Shown here piece by piece: positions 1 through 10,614 of a stretch of 64,000 nucleotides of DNA (positions are counted from its first letter, which is position 1; the number at the start of each line of letters is the position of its first letter). Below the pieces are notes generated by a model. It had not been told where the DNA came from and ran no database searches. It saw only the letters and a program-made list of their open reading frames with translations. The stretch is from the NCBI GenBank assembly GCA_963777605.1, contig CAVZRV010000010.1:1-64000 (forward strand), in the 5' to 3' direction. The DNA is from an uncultured Acidobacteriota bacterium. GTDB lineage: Bacteria; Acidobacteriota; UBA6911; RPQK01; JAPXNP01. Position numbers and translations under genes: made by a program.

Positions 1-693
1 TCGGGGCCGATATTCCCATCGTCGCCATGGGACATCTGTTTACCGCTGGCGGACAAACCGTCGATGGCGATGGCGTGCGCGAACTCTATGTCGGCTCCCT
101 GGCCCATGTGACGGCCGGGATTTTCCCCGCGATGTTTCGACTACCTGGCGCTTGGGCACCTCCACGTCCCACAAAAGGTGAACGGCTCCGAAACCATGCG
201 GTACAGCGGCTCTCCTCTGCCCATGGGGTTTGGAGAGGCAAAACAGCAGAAGAGCGTTTGCCAGGTTGACTTCCACAGTACAGGCGCATCCGTACAACTG
301 ATCGACGTGCCGGTGTTTCAGAAGCTCGAGCGCGTCAAGGGAGACTGGGACGGCATCTCAAGCCGCATCCTCGAATTGTCGGCAACGGACTCCCAGGGCT
401 GGCTCGAAGTCATTTACGACGGCGACGAGGTCATTGGCGATCTGCGTGAGCGCCTGGAGGCAGCGATTTCCGGCACCCAAATGGAAATTCTCCGGATCAA
501 GAACAACCGCATCATCGACCGCGTGCTGGGACAAATCCATGAAGAGGAAACACTCGACGATCTGAACGTGAACGACGTGTTCGAACGATGCCTCGCCGTT
601 CATGACGTGCCTGAAGACCAGCGGCCGGAACTGCTTCGGGCCTACCAGGAAACGGTCTCGTCTCTCTATGAAGACGACGTGCAGGCGGAATAG
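1..693 (+). CDS. sbcD: Exonuclease SbcCD subunit D, C-terminal part (5' end outside window; apparent frameshift near 135)
   Basis: GHLFTAGGQTVDGDGVRELYVGSL (27..) joins in another frame DYLALGHLHVPQKV..RYSGSPLPMGFGE (ORF 178..693); these are typical SbcD motifs; lies immediately upstream of sbcC. Confidence 0.9.
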
Positions 694-704
694 AGAGGCT
701 GTCG

Positions 705-3700
705 ATGAGAATACTGCAGGTACGTTTCAAAAATCTGAACTCACTGGTCGGCGAATGGCAAATCGACCTGACGCACCCGGCCTTCGCGTCTGACGGCATC
801 TTCGCCATCACCGGCCCCACCGGCGCGGGAAAGACCACGATCCTCGATGCTATTTGCCTCGCCCTTTACGGGCGGACGCCTCGCCTGAACAAGGTCACCA
901 AGAGCGGAAACGAAATCATGTCCCGCCAGACCGGCGAATGCTTTGCCGAGGTGACCTTCGAAACCCAGACTGGGCGTTTCCGTTGCCACTGGAGCCAACA
1001 CCGGGCACGCAAGAAGCCGGATGGCGAGCTCCAGGCCCCGAAACACGAAATTGCCAATGCCGATTCCGGCGAGATTTTCGAATCCAAGATCAGAGGGGTA
1101 GCCGACCAGATCGAGTCGGCTACCGGTATGGACTTTGACCGTTTTACCCGTTCCATGTTGCTGGCCCAGGGCGGCTTCGCCGCGTTCCTTCAGGCGGCAC
1201 CGGATGATCGGGCTCCGATCCTGGAGCAGATAACGGGCACAGAGATCTACAGCCAGATATCCATCCGTGTCCATGAGCGCCAGCGCGAAGAGCGGGAAAA
1301 ACTGAACCTGCTCCAGGCTGAAACGGCAGGCATCGTGATTCTGGAGCCGGAGCAGGAAAAAGAGATTGGGCAGGCACTCGAGACAAAGCAGAAGGAAGAG
1401 ACAGACCTTGCCGCCAAGTCCGCTGACACCGGGAAGGCCATTGCCTGGCTGACCACCATCGATGGGCTGAAGAAGGAAATCGTCAACCTGGCCGATGAAG
1501 CGAGCAAGCTGCAAGGCGATATCGAGGCGTTCAAACCGGATCGTGAAAAGCTCAACCGGGCTTTGAGTGCCGCCTCACTGGACGGCGCATACGCAACGCT
1601 CACCGCCATCCGCAAACAACAGGCGGATGACAGAGACAGCATTGAAAGCTGAGGAAGAGGCTCTTCCTGGACTGGAATCCTCCGCCAAGGAACAGGCCGA
1701 ATCACTGAAATTGGCTGAGCAACAAACCGCTCGGGTCAAAGAGGAGCTGAAAGCGGCCGCGCCTACATTGCAGAAGGTTCGCTCCCTCGATCAGAAACTT
1801 GCCGATCAGAAAAAGGCTGTTTCGGAAGGTGATGAGGGCTGCAAGAAGGATGCGGCAAAGATTGATGCGGACAAAAAGGCCCGACTTGAAGAGCAGGAAA
1901 AACGATCCAAGGCTCATGAGACTCTGGAACTTGTTGACGGCTATCTCAAGGAGCATGCACAGGATGAATGGCTGATCAGCGGTCTGGCTGGTGTTGAAGA
2001 ACAGTTGGGCGGCCTGCTCTCCAAGCAAAAAGAAATCGTTCAAAAAGAGGCCGATCAAGAAAGGCCACGACGGCTCTGGAACTGGCGACAAAGTCACTCG
2101 ACGACTGTCAGAAGCAATCCGGCATTCGGAAGCAGGAGCTGGAGGACGCATCAAAACAGCTTCAGCAGGGCAAAGATGCTTTGAGCCAGTTGCTGGGGGA
2201 CCGCTTGTTGCGGGAATACCGCACCGAGAAGGAAACCCTGCTGCGTGAAATGGCCTTCCTGACGAAAATTGCGGAGCTTGAAGATCACCGGGCAAAACTG
2301 GAAGACGGCAAGCCCTGTCCACTCTGCGGCGCAACCGAGCACCCCTTCGCGGAAGGGAATGTCCCCGTCCCCGATGAAACCGAACAGAAGATCGACGCCC
2401 TGACCAGGCTGATCAGCAAAGCCGAGGATCAGGAAGCCGCCATCAAGAAACTCGAAGAAGCTGAAAGCCTGGCCCGTAAAAACCTGACGGAGGCTGAAAA
2501 GCTGGAGTCAGCAGCGGCTAATGACAAGAAGGCTGCCGAGAAAGCCCTCGCCGAGGTGAAGGACGGCCTGGAGAAACTCCGTGCTGATTTTGCCGAACGC
2601 AGGCAGGCCGTCTCTACCAAACTCCAGCCGCTTGGTATTGCGGACATCCCTGAAGCGGACATTTCATCACTGCTCGAATCCCTCAGAGCGCGGCTGAAGG
2701 CGTGGCAGGCCCAGGTCAAGAAAAAGGCGGAAATCGAGAAACAGATTGCCGATATCGACAGCGAGGTGAAGCGGCTGGATGCGGTTATCGAAACTCAAAG
2801 CACCGCCTTGGCCGAAAAGCTGGAACGCCTGGAGACCTTGAAAAAGGAACTCGCCACCGGAAGTGATGAGCGTAATGCACTGTACGGCGACAAGAATCCC
2901 GACGATGAGGAGCGCCGCTTGAACAAGGCGATTTCTGATGCCGAAGGTGCCGAAAAGCAGGCCAGAGAACGGCACAATGAGCTCCAGCAAAAATGGAATA
3001 CCGCGAAGGCCCATGTCGAATCTCTGAAGAAACGCATCGACCAACGAGAGCCGGAACTGAGAAGGCTGGAAACTGAATTCTCCGCAGCGCTTGCGCCCGT
3101 TGGCTTTTCAAATGAAGAACAGTTTCTGGCGGCCAGACTGCCCTCTGAATCGGCGGGCGGAGCTGACGGCTACGGCCAAGGATCTGGATGAGCGTCAAAC
3201 GGATCTGAAAGCCAGACAGAAGGATCGGGAAACGCGCTTGGCCACGGAAATGGCCCGCAAGAGTTACCGACAAGTCGCTGGAAGAGCTCGAGCCCCAATT
3301 CAAAGAGCAAGAGGAAGCCCTGAAAGAGCTGCGGGACATCATTGCCGGTCTCAAGCACAAGCTAAGTGAAAATACGGCTGCAAAAGAGCGGATAAAGGAA
3401 AAGCAGACAGCTATCGAGGCCCAGAAAAAAGAGTGCCGCAGGTGGGAAAATCTGCACGAATTGATCGGCTCCGCAGACGGCAAGAAGTACCGCAATTTTG
3501 CCCAGGGGCTGACCTTCGAAATGATGATTGGTCACGCCAACCGGCAACTGCAGAAAATGACCGACCGCTACTTGCTGGTCCGTGACGACGCTCAGCCCCT
3601 GGAGCTCAACGTGGTTGACAACTATCAGGCTGGGGAGATTCGGTCCACGAAGAACCTTTCCGGCGGCGAGAGCTTTATCGTCAGCCTGTCCCTGGCGCTG

Positions 3701-3961
3701 GGGTTGTCCCATATGGCCAGCAAGAATGTCCGGGTGGATTCGCTGTTCCTGGATGAAGGCTTCGGCACCCTGGACGAGGAAGCCCTCGACACCGCTTTGG
3801 AAACCCTCGCGGGCCTGCAGCAGGACGGCAAGCTTATCGGCGTCATTTCACACGTACCCGCCTTGAAGGAGCGGATCGGCACACAGATCCAGGTAACACC
3901 TCAAACCGGTGGCAGAAGCCAGATATCCGGGCCTGGATGCTGCAGCGTCGGCTCAGCTTAG
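705..3961 (+). CDS. sbcC: Exonuclease SbcCD subunit C (Rad50-like), split by several frameshifts
   Basis: Walker A GPTGAGKTT (705..1652), coiled coils, Zn-hook CPLCG (2181..3191), signature LSGGE and Walker B LFLDEGFGTLD (3461..3961) are spread over consecutive frames. Confidence 0.9.
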
Positions 3962-4005
3962 CGCCGCTGGAATTTCGAGAAGATCGTTCAGAGCAAGGAG
4001 AGAAG

Positions 4006-4125
4006 ATGAGTGACAAAATCAGTGATGCTGAATATCCTCTCTCGGGAATATTCGGCTCCAAGTTTGATTACCTCATGCCTTCGTGCCATCCAAGTTGCAG
4101 TTCACCTCTTTGGAGGGAAGTCTGA
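4006..4125 (+). pseudogene. N-terminal stub of a DUF262 (GmrS/SspE-like) protein
   Basis: SD AAGGAG then MSDKISDAEYPLSGIFGSKFDYLMPS, which resembles DUF262 N-termini (ISGAEYPLxxIFSxxFxYxIPxYQRPY from memory); similarity stops just before the QR motif. Confidence 0.55.
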
Positions 4126-4128
4126 AAC

Positions 4129-4383
4129 ATGCCTTCCGTCCTTGCGTGGATCGACCATGACTCGAAAGCGAGGGAACGCACTCTTCGCATCCTTGCCCTT
4201 TTCCAGGAAAAGGAAAGTCGTGACGAACTTGGGCTCGGCTCCGTGCGGGACAGCTTTGCCGATCAGTTATTCCCCGGAACCAGCACGATCCAGACGCGCC
4301 TCCGATACATGCTTTTCGTTCCGTGGATTTACCATTCCCTGGAAGAGAAGGCGAACAACTTTGGAGGCAACAATATCTATTAG
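4129..4383 (+). pseudogene. Truncated DUF6361-family protein (N-terminal ~75 aa)
   Basis: LAWIDHD..ESRDELGLGSVRDSFADQLFPGTSTIQTRLRYMLFVPWIY matches the conserved DUF6361 N-terminus; family members are much longer. Confidence 0.7.
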
Positions 4384-4953
4384 GCGCCTTTCCGCTGTCA
4401 GAACTTAAACACAATAAGAGAGGGTTGGAACGATTTTACTCGGAAATCAAACAGTGGAGACTCTTCAGCAGTCGAATTTTTAGTCGAAATCTCGTGACCA
4501 CTCCAATCGAAGAACGCGTCTGCGATATTTCCGGTCTCGATCCCCGAATCGTCAGGAGCATACTTGATCCAGAAGATAACAATCGTACCCGTACGCTACC
4601 GGTTGCCGTGGTATTTGAGCAGGGAGCCCGTGTGGGAGGGCCGGTAGACGGTGCGAAGAAACTCCTCCCAGACGATCCAGTCAGTGCAGGTGACCTGGAT
4701 GGTGGAACGGAACCACTCGATACGAGTGATGTAGGCAACCAGCCCGTACCGTCTCGACCATTCCCCGGACGAAGAACCCGGCCCAGTTCTGGTTCCAGTA
4801 AACTCGCTGCGGGCCGTGGGGCAGACGGAAGGTACTCTCCAAGTACTGGTATTCAGGCTCGTGGATCGCAAACATGGTTGTCTTGCCCATGTGTTCTCCT
4901 CTCGAGTCGTGCCGTCGCAGCCGCTGTTTGGCATTGCAAGCGGGTTTCTGCGC

Positions 4954-5391
4954 TCAGTTGGACGTTGCCTCCCGCGTCAGCTCAACCGCGCAGGCGACGG
5001 AGTTGATGATGATCAGTAGGCCGAGGGCGGCGAGGGAGAGCCATTGGGTTTTGGCGGTGATCATGACGCCTTCGACCAGGACCGCGAAGCCGATGGCTTT
5101 TGGGGTGTTCAACAGAATGCGCTGGCCCCATTGGATGACGGTGAGGCTGGAGAAGAGTGCGCCGCCGGCGATCAGGGGCCAGTCCCAGGGTTGGATTGCC
5201 TCGAGGTGGGTGAGGCACCACACCGCCAGGGGCACGAAGCCTCCGAACGGGAGGGCGACGAGGAACGCGAGTGGATGGCCGGTGAAGGCGGTCCGCAGTT
5301 GAGCCAGTACCGATGACTCGGAATGGTGCTGGGCGACTGGTCTTGAGCGAGATCGTCCGTAGCGGCCTTCGAGGAAGGGAAGTGCCGGCAC
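4954..5391 (-). CDS. Hypothetical multi-pass membrane protein (element-associated)
   Basis: 145-aa ORF with about 4 hydrophobic segments (LAFLVALPFGGFVPLAVW; LIAGGALFSSLTV; AIGFAVLVEGVMI; LAALGLLIIINSV); true start uncertain. Confidence 0.55.
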   Translation of the reverse strand: MPALPFLEGRYGRSRSRPVAQHHSESSVLAQLRTAFTGHPLAFLVALPFGGFVPLAVWCLTHLEAIQPWDWPLIAGGALFSSLTVIQWGQRILLNTPKAIGFAVLVEGVMITAKTQWLSLAALGLLIIINSVACAVELTREATSN

Positions 5392-5678
5392 TGTTGATTG
5401 GGAGTGGCTCTCTCCTTGCTCGATTTCCGGTACGCATCCGAGTCGCCCTGTTTCTTTCTCGATCGATTCCGACTTCCGGAGACGCTTCGTCTCGGGTGGA
5501 GTCGGCCGTCCTGGCCGCGGGTGTGGGTGACGACCGGGATATCCTCGGTTTGCTCCAGTTCCTGGCGAACCGTGCGGACGGTCCGTTCGGTAATGCCCAA
5601 ATTGGATGCCAGGGACCGGTTGCTCAGCTCCGGATCATTGCGAAGCCGGTCCTGGATGAGTTCTCTTGCGACTGCCAT
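5172..5678 (-). CDS. Phage/ICE-type HTH DNA-binding protein (possibly fused to the downstream membrane ORF through a frameshift)
   Basis: GAGG SD before ATG 5678; DPELSNRSLASNLGITERTVRTVRQELE..RGQDGRLHP is an HTH followed by a GxDG motif seen in phage proteins. Confidence 0.55.
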   Translation of the reverse strand: MAVARELIQDRLRNDPELSNRSLASNLGITERTVRTVRQELEQTEDIPVVTHTRGQDGRLHPRRSVSGSRNRSRKKQGDSDAYRKSSKERATPNQQCRHFPSSKAATDDLAQDQSPSTIPSHRYWLNCGPPSPAIHSRSSSPSRSEASCPWRCGASPTSRQSNPGTGP

Positions 5679-5782
5679 GGATACCTCGTCTCTTGGGTAG
5701 TGGTCGATCTCCTGAGCGGCTTGTTTGAGCCGAAGGATTGCGGCCGACGGGCTACCGCAATCGCGCCCCATCTCCGCCGACG

Positions 5783-5804
5783 CTGTGTGTGACTCTGTGT
5801 GTGA
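5783..5804 (+). repeat. Direct repeat CTGTGTGTGA x2 (candidate integrase arm-type sites)
   Basis: Copies at 5783-5792 and 5795-5804, about 120 bp inside the att core, followed by an AT-rich stretch. Confidence 0.45.
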
Positions 5805-5921
5805 AAATGCTTCCAAAATCGCCAAAAACAGAGAAAATCGACCAAAATCGGGAATTTAATAACTTGCTTATTTTCTTTAACTTACGAGAATTGAGGAGGT
5901 TGTGAAGATCGGCTGTTCCCC

Positions 5922-5967
5922 ACTTTTAATCAGAGGGCCGTTGGTTCGAATCCAACACGACCCACCA
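5922..5967 (+). mobile_element. att site: duplicated 3' half of tRNA-Lys(UUU), right end of an integrated element
   Basis: ACTTTTAATCAGAGGGCCGTTGGTTCGAATCCAACACGACCCACCA contains the anticodon loop TTT, T-arm GGTTCGAATCC and acceptor 3' strand with CCA; no 5' tRNA half upstream. Confidence 0.85.
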
Positions 5968-6167
5968 TCCCCATCGATCTGCCCTTGAATCTGCTCTGCG
6001 CCAAAGCCGCGGACGCAGGCCCGTTGAGGGCCTGCCTCTGAGTGCTCGACAGTTCGTGCGGCATGGCACCCAAACACAGAGCCGGGGGTAAGGAACGCGC
6101 CCCCGGGCCGACCGTGAAACGCCACCGGATTCGCAGTCCTCGCAGGCTAATCTGAACCCGCAAACTC

Positions 6168-7300
6168 TTACCGACCGAATCGTTCTGCCACGCTCTGTGG
6201 CAAGGGTTCCCCCAGTTTCCAAGTGACGGTTATCGGCTGCTCACCTCTCCAGGAGGAGAACTGAACAGGGCCGCAGTAGATGAATGGGGCGGCTCGGGAT
6301 CCTATTTTTTTCGTCTTCCGGACGAACAGGTGGATCGTATCGCCGTTCTGTTGGTGGTTCTGCAGCAGTTGGCCGTGTTTCGAGTTCTGCTTGGTCTTGT
6401 TTTGGCTCTGCCAGATGAAGGACTCCCTCGTTTCGAAGTGGTCGGCATACCGATGATCGGACTGCATATCGTCTTTGGTCAGGGTGACCAGCAGAAAGAT
6501 GTGCCCCGGAATCGTGACGAAACCGAGGTTCCATTTTCCCTCGTTGAACTCGAGTCCGAAGAGACCGGGGATTCCCTCACGTGAGTAGGAGCGCCACAGT
6601 TCCAAGCTCTTTGGCCGGAACTCGGTTGCCAGGCTCATTGTGCATCCCGCGTCTGTCTGGGAGAACCGCACCGAGTGGTTGGTTCCAGGTACTCGGCGAG
6701 GCGCCAGTCGGCGAGTTCCCGGACGAGTTCCTGGAAGGCGGTGCGTCGGTCTCCCGCCAGGTCGAAGGGAGCGTGGACGACACCCTCCTCGTAACTGAGG
6801 TAGCTTTGCCTGCCCGTACCCCGGCCACCGGTCCAGGCATTGATCGGGTTTCTCTCGAGGTGCCTGCGGAGGCTGTCGTCGTCGGTGAGAGCCTCGCCGA
6901 CGTCCTCCCGGAGTTTCGCGGAGCGCTCGGCGAGCCGGCGAAATTCTCGCGTCAGGGTAGCGATCCCGACGCTGCCGGGGAAGGCGTCCAGGTTCAGCAT
7001 GGCCAGAAGCACCAGCATCTTGTAGCTTCGGGTCATCGGCGTGATCTCGAGGTGGGCGAGGAAGTCTCCGGTTGAGCCGAGAAGACTCTCGCTGATTTCA
7101 TCGAGATCTCCCATCCTCCGCACGAACCCGAACCAGGAACCGAAATGGCTGCGGAGAGCCTTGGGGTTGTAGCCTTCGTGGTAGAGCTCGGGAGCCGTGG
7201 GCCGTCGCCCCATGCGGTCCCGGAGGTCCCGGTAGATGGTTTCAACCGCCACGGTCCCTTTCCCGGATTGAGTGAGCGCGCGGATAAGGTCGATCGAGAC
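6168..7300 (-). pseudogene. C-terminal remnant of an SF2 helicase-DUF3427 protein (two frames)
   Basis: GRRPTAPELYHEGYNP..FGSWFGFV..MTRSYKMLVLLAML (6635..7252), then DUF3427 motifs LLVTLTK..YADHF..FIWQSQN..IHLFVRK..PFIYCG..ITVTWKL (6168..6671); the helicase core is missing. Confidence 0.75.
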
Positions 7301-7794
7301 GAGGCGTCCGGGCGAGTTCCGGGTTGTGCTTGCTGAGGAGCTTGCTGTAGGGCCCTCTGAGCGAGTTCGTGCAGTGCTGCGCGAGATTGGTGCCCCGCAC
7401 TTACTTCATCCAGAGCCAGACGAATTTCTTCGGGTCGAGGTTGTGGGTCAGCGTGATGTCCATTCGAGTCCCAGCTCTTTCTCGCGATCTGCCAACAGGA
7501 TGGCGTTACCGCCCTGGTACCTGTAATCGGTGCGCGGCTCCTTGCATCGTGGAGAGGCTCCCCTATCGTACTCCTTGTGGGCGGACCGGAGGTGTTTCCG
7601 CAACCGCTCGAAAATGGATTTCCGAGGCACCTGACGCGGCGCCGCTGGCGGGGTGGTCAAGCGTTGTCCCACTGTTTCACTCTTTGAATGAGCCGCGCCC
7701 CTCCTTGGAACGGAGTCGTTCCCAGAGCGAACGGATGGTATCGGATCCTGCCAGACTCCTCATCGAAGTGGGCGAAGGATGGTAGACTTCTGGC

Positions 7795-8034
7795 ATGAGC
7801 CCCACGGTCTTTCGGGCGGCCGGGCTTCGCTTTTTCTTCTTCTCACGAGAGGAGCCGCGCCTTCATATCCATGTCGTTGGGTCGAGTGGGGAAGCGAAAT
7901 TCTGGCTGGAGCCTGATTTCGAATTGGCCGTCAATTATGGCTTGAGTAGCCAAATGCTTGGGAAGGCGTTAAGCCTGATCAAGGAGCACGAAGATGAAAT
8001 CCGCAGGGCGTGGCAGCAGCACTTTGGCGGTTGA
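7795..8034 (+). CDS. DUF4160 domain protein (putative toxin of a type II TA pair)
   Basis: GLRFFFFSREEPRLHIHV..GEAKFWLEP..IRRAWQQHF is the DUF4160 pattern. Confidence 0.85.
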   Translation: MSPTVFRAAGLRFFFFSREEPRLHIHVVGSSGEAKFWLEPDFELAVNYGLSSQMLGKALSLIKEHEDEIRRAWQQHFGG

Positions 8035-8281
8035 GGTCACGAACGTCTCTAAGAACGGTTTTTGGCTGTTGATCGGCGATACCGAGCGATTCCTCCCTTT
8101 TGAGGAATTCCCCTGGTTTCGTGAAGCCACGATTGGCGCATTGTTGAACGTCGAGTTGCCGCATCCTCAGCATCTCTATTGGCCGGACCTGGATGTCGAT
8201 CTGGCATTGGATTCCATAGAGCACCCGGAACGCTATCCGCTGGTGAGCCGCAAACAGCCCGGTGACCAGGGCGAATCCTAG
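7994..8281 (+). CDS. DUF2442 domain protein (putative antitoxin)
   Basis: VEVTNVSKNGFWLL..LPFEEFPWF..LYWPDLDVDLALDSIEHPERYPL is the DUF2442 pattern; overlaps the DUF4160 gene. Confidence 0.85.
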   Translation: MKSAGRGSSTLAVEVTNVSKNGFWLLIGDTERFLPFEEFPWFREATIGALLNVELPHPQHLYWPDLDVDLALDSIEHPERYPLVSRKQPGDQGES

Positions 8282-8366
8282 AGAGAGTGAACCTGAGCGC
8301 AACCGGTTTGAGGCCCAAAGGGTGGGGCTTTCACAATACCCTGGAAGGCTATTCTACACTGATCTC

Positions 8367-9248
8367 ATGAGTCAATTGCGGGTTCTGCCCTGTTTGGATT
8401 CGGAGTCAATGGCTGCGGAGCGGTGTCGGGAGCTCAAGATGCCGAGAGATGGCCGCCGCGCGTCTCGGGCTGTCGGCGGTAGAGGTGTGCCGGCAGGGGC
8501 GGTACGTGACCGAAATGGGAAGGGAAGTACTGATCGCAGAGGCTCTGGAGACGGCCCGCGCCTTTAAGGTCAGCATTCCTCCGGAGGCCGTTCTGCCGAA
8601 GGGCGAGGGCCCCGCATTCCCGGAGACGGTCGTGCAGGTGACCAACGAGACGACGCTCGGGGCGGCGCGACGACTGACGGATCGGGGGCTGGAGCCGCTG
8701 GCCCTGAACTTCGCCAACGGGATCCACCCGGGCGGTCTGTTTTCTGAGCGGCGCCCTGTCCCAGGAGGAAGTGCTCTGCCGATCCAGCGCGCTCTATGCG
8801 ACCCTCGACGGCGATCCCATGTACCAGTCGCACCGCAAGCGGTCGGGGTCCGATTGGACGGACTGGGCGATCCTCTCTCCGAAGGTCCCGGTGTTTCGGA
8901 GTGACGACGGCAGGAACCTGGACGAGCCCTGGACGCTGAGCTTTCTCACCTGTGCGGCCCCGATCGCGTCGGAGATCGGTCAGCCCGAAGTCGGGGGACC
9001 TCCTGGCGAAGCGCATCCGCCGGGTCCTGGAGATCGCCCGGGCTTACGGCTATGCCTCCCTGGTGCTGGGAGCCTGGGGATGCGGTGCGTTCCGGAACGA
9101 TCCCCAGAGGACGGCGGCCGATTTTCGGCAGGCACTCGAACAGGAGCATGCGGGGGCGTTCTCGGAAGTCGTCTTTGCCATTACGGATTGGTCGCCGGAG
9201 CGACGATTTCTCGGGCCGTTCCGGGACGTGTTTGCGGGACGGGTCTGA
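8367..9248 (+). CDS. TIGR02452/DUF2263 bacterial-type poly(ADP-ribose) glycohydrolase, frameshifted
   Basis: VQVTNETTLGAARRL..LALNFANGIHPGG, QEEVLCRSSALY, ILSPKVPVFRSDDG, TCAAP and LVLGAWGCGAFRNDP are spread over several frames. Confidence 0.85.
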
Positions 9249-9603
9249 TCAGGTCGTGCCGAAAACCTCGGCCTCAGGTCTCCGAGTAATGTGTGGCCAT
9301 CTCACGGATTTCAGCCGCCAGTCTCTGAACCAGCCAATCGGGCGAGATCAATATCGCGGAGGGGCCGAAGGAGGGAATCCATTGGGACGGGGACCTGGTT
9401 GTCCCAAGCGTTGATTCCACGGCGAGAGCCGACCCCAAAATTCGCCGGTCGAATTTCCGTTTTCGTACTTCGTTTTCGGCCCTTGACCTCGTCATTTTGG
9501 CTGAGTTGCCCCGCCTGTTGTCATAAAGATATATGGAATATAATGAGTTAACATTGAGAGCCACTTCAGGGCTTTAGCAGAGAGTCGGAAAGGAAGCCAA
9601 TTT

Positions 9604-10614
9604 ATGGAGCGTCCCACAGTAGATCACATCATGCAGGTCGGCCTGGGTTTCTGGGCTGCGAAAACACTCCTGAGCGCCGTTGAAATGGAGCTCTTCACCG
9701 AGTTGTCCCAACAGCCGAGGGATCTTGAAGGCCTCCAGGCGCGTCTGCGGCTGCATCCTCGATCCTCTCGCGATTTCCTGGACGCACTGGTCGCACTCGG
9801 ATTCCTGCAGCGTGAGGACGGAACCTACCGGAATACGCCCGAAGCCGATCTGTATCTCGACAAGCGGAAGCACTCCTACATCGGGGGAATGCTCGAGATG
9901 GCGAACCACCGACTGTACGGGTTCTGGAACCACCTGACGGTGGGGTTGCGGACCGGAAAGCCCCAGAACGAGGGCAAGGGCGGAGGCGAGTCGTTTTTCG
10001 AGGACCTGTACGCCGACCCGGGGCGGCTCAAGCAGTTCCTGGCGGCCATGACCGGCATCAGCCATAGCGCGAACCTCGCCATTGCCGAGAACTTCCCCTG
10101 GAAGAGCTACCGCAGCGTCGCCGACATCGGGACGGCCCAGGGCGACCTGGTGGTTCAGGTGGTCCTCTCCAACGAGAACTTGAAGGGCATTGGGTTCGAT
10201 CTCCCGGAAGTCGCTCCGATTTTTGAGGAACACGTGGCTTCTCATGGCCTGACCGATCGTGTCCGTTTCGCTGGCGGGAATTTTTTCGAACAGCCGCTGC
10301 CCCGTGCCGATGTTCTGATGATGGGGCACATCCTGCACGACTGGAACCTGGAAGAGAAGAAGCTGCTCATCCGCAAGGCCTACGAGGCCGTCCCGCCCGG
10401 AGGTGCCCTGATCGTCTACGAAAGCCTCATTGACGACGACCGGTGTTCCAACGCATTTGGCCTTCTGATGAGCCTCAACATGCTGATTGAGACTCCTGGA
10501 GGATTCGATTATACCGGGGCGGACTGCGTCGGCTGGATGCTCGACGCGGGTTTCAGCGAGGCCAGAGTCGAACTTCTGACCGGGCCCGATTCCATGGTGA
10601 TCGGGATCAAGTAG
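9604..10614 (+). CDS. SAM-dependent O-methyltransferase with dimerisation domain (Methyltransf_2 family)
   Basis: [18 protein letters not shown]-terminus, [11 protein letters not shown] motif, [23 protein letters not shown]. Confidence 0.9.
   Translation: MERPTVDHIMQVGLGFWAAKTLLSAVEMELFTELSQQPRDLEGLQARLRLHPRSSRDFLDALVALGFLQREDGTYRNTPEADLYLDKRKHSYIGGMLEMANHRLYGFWNHLTVGLRTGKPQNEGKGGGESFFEDLYADPGRLKQFLAAMTGISHSANLAIAENFPWKSYRSVADIGTAQGDLVVQVVLSNENLKGIGFDLPEVAPIFEEHVASHGLTDRVRFAGGNFFEQPLPRADVLMMGHILHDWNLEEKKLLIRKAYEAVPPGGALIVYESLIDDDRCSNAFGLLMSLNMLIETPGGFDYTGADCVGWMLDAGFSEARVELLTGPDSMVIGIK

Noticed and set aside
4323-5006. 227-aa plus-strand ORF in the island
   Set aside because: Low-complexity Arg/Pro/Ser-rich translation that spans a probable junction; no recognisable domain.
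5890-5967. Complete tRNA-Lys gene
   Set aside because: No 5' acceptor strand or D-arm upstream of 5922; only the 3' half is present.
9515-9560. Second dif-like site in an AT-rich patch
   Set aside because: No XerD-arm match; more likely the promoter region of the methyltransferase.
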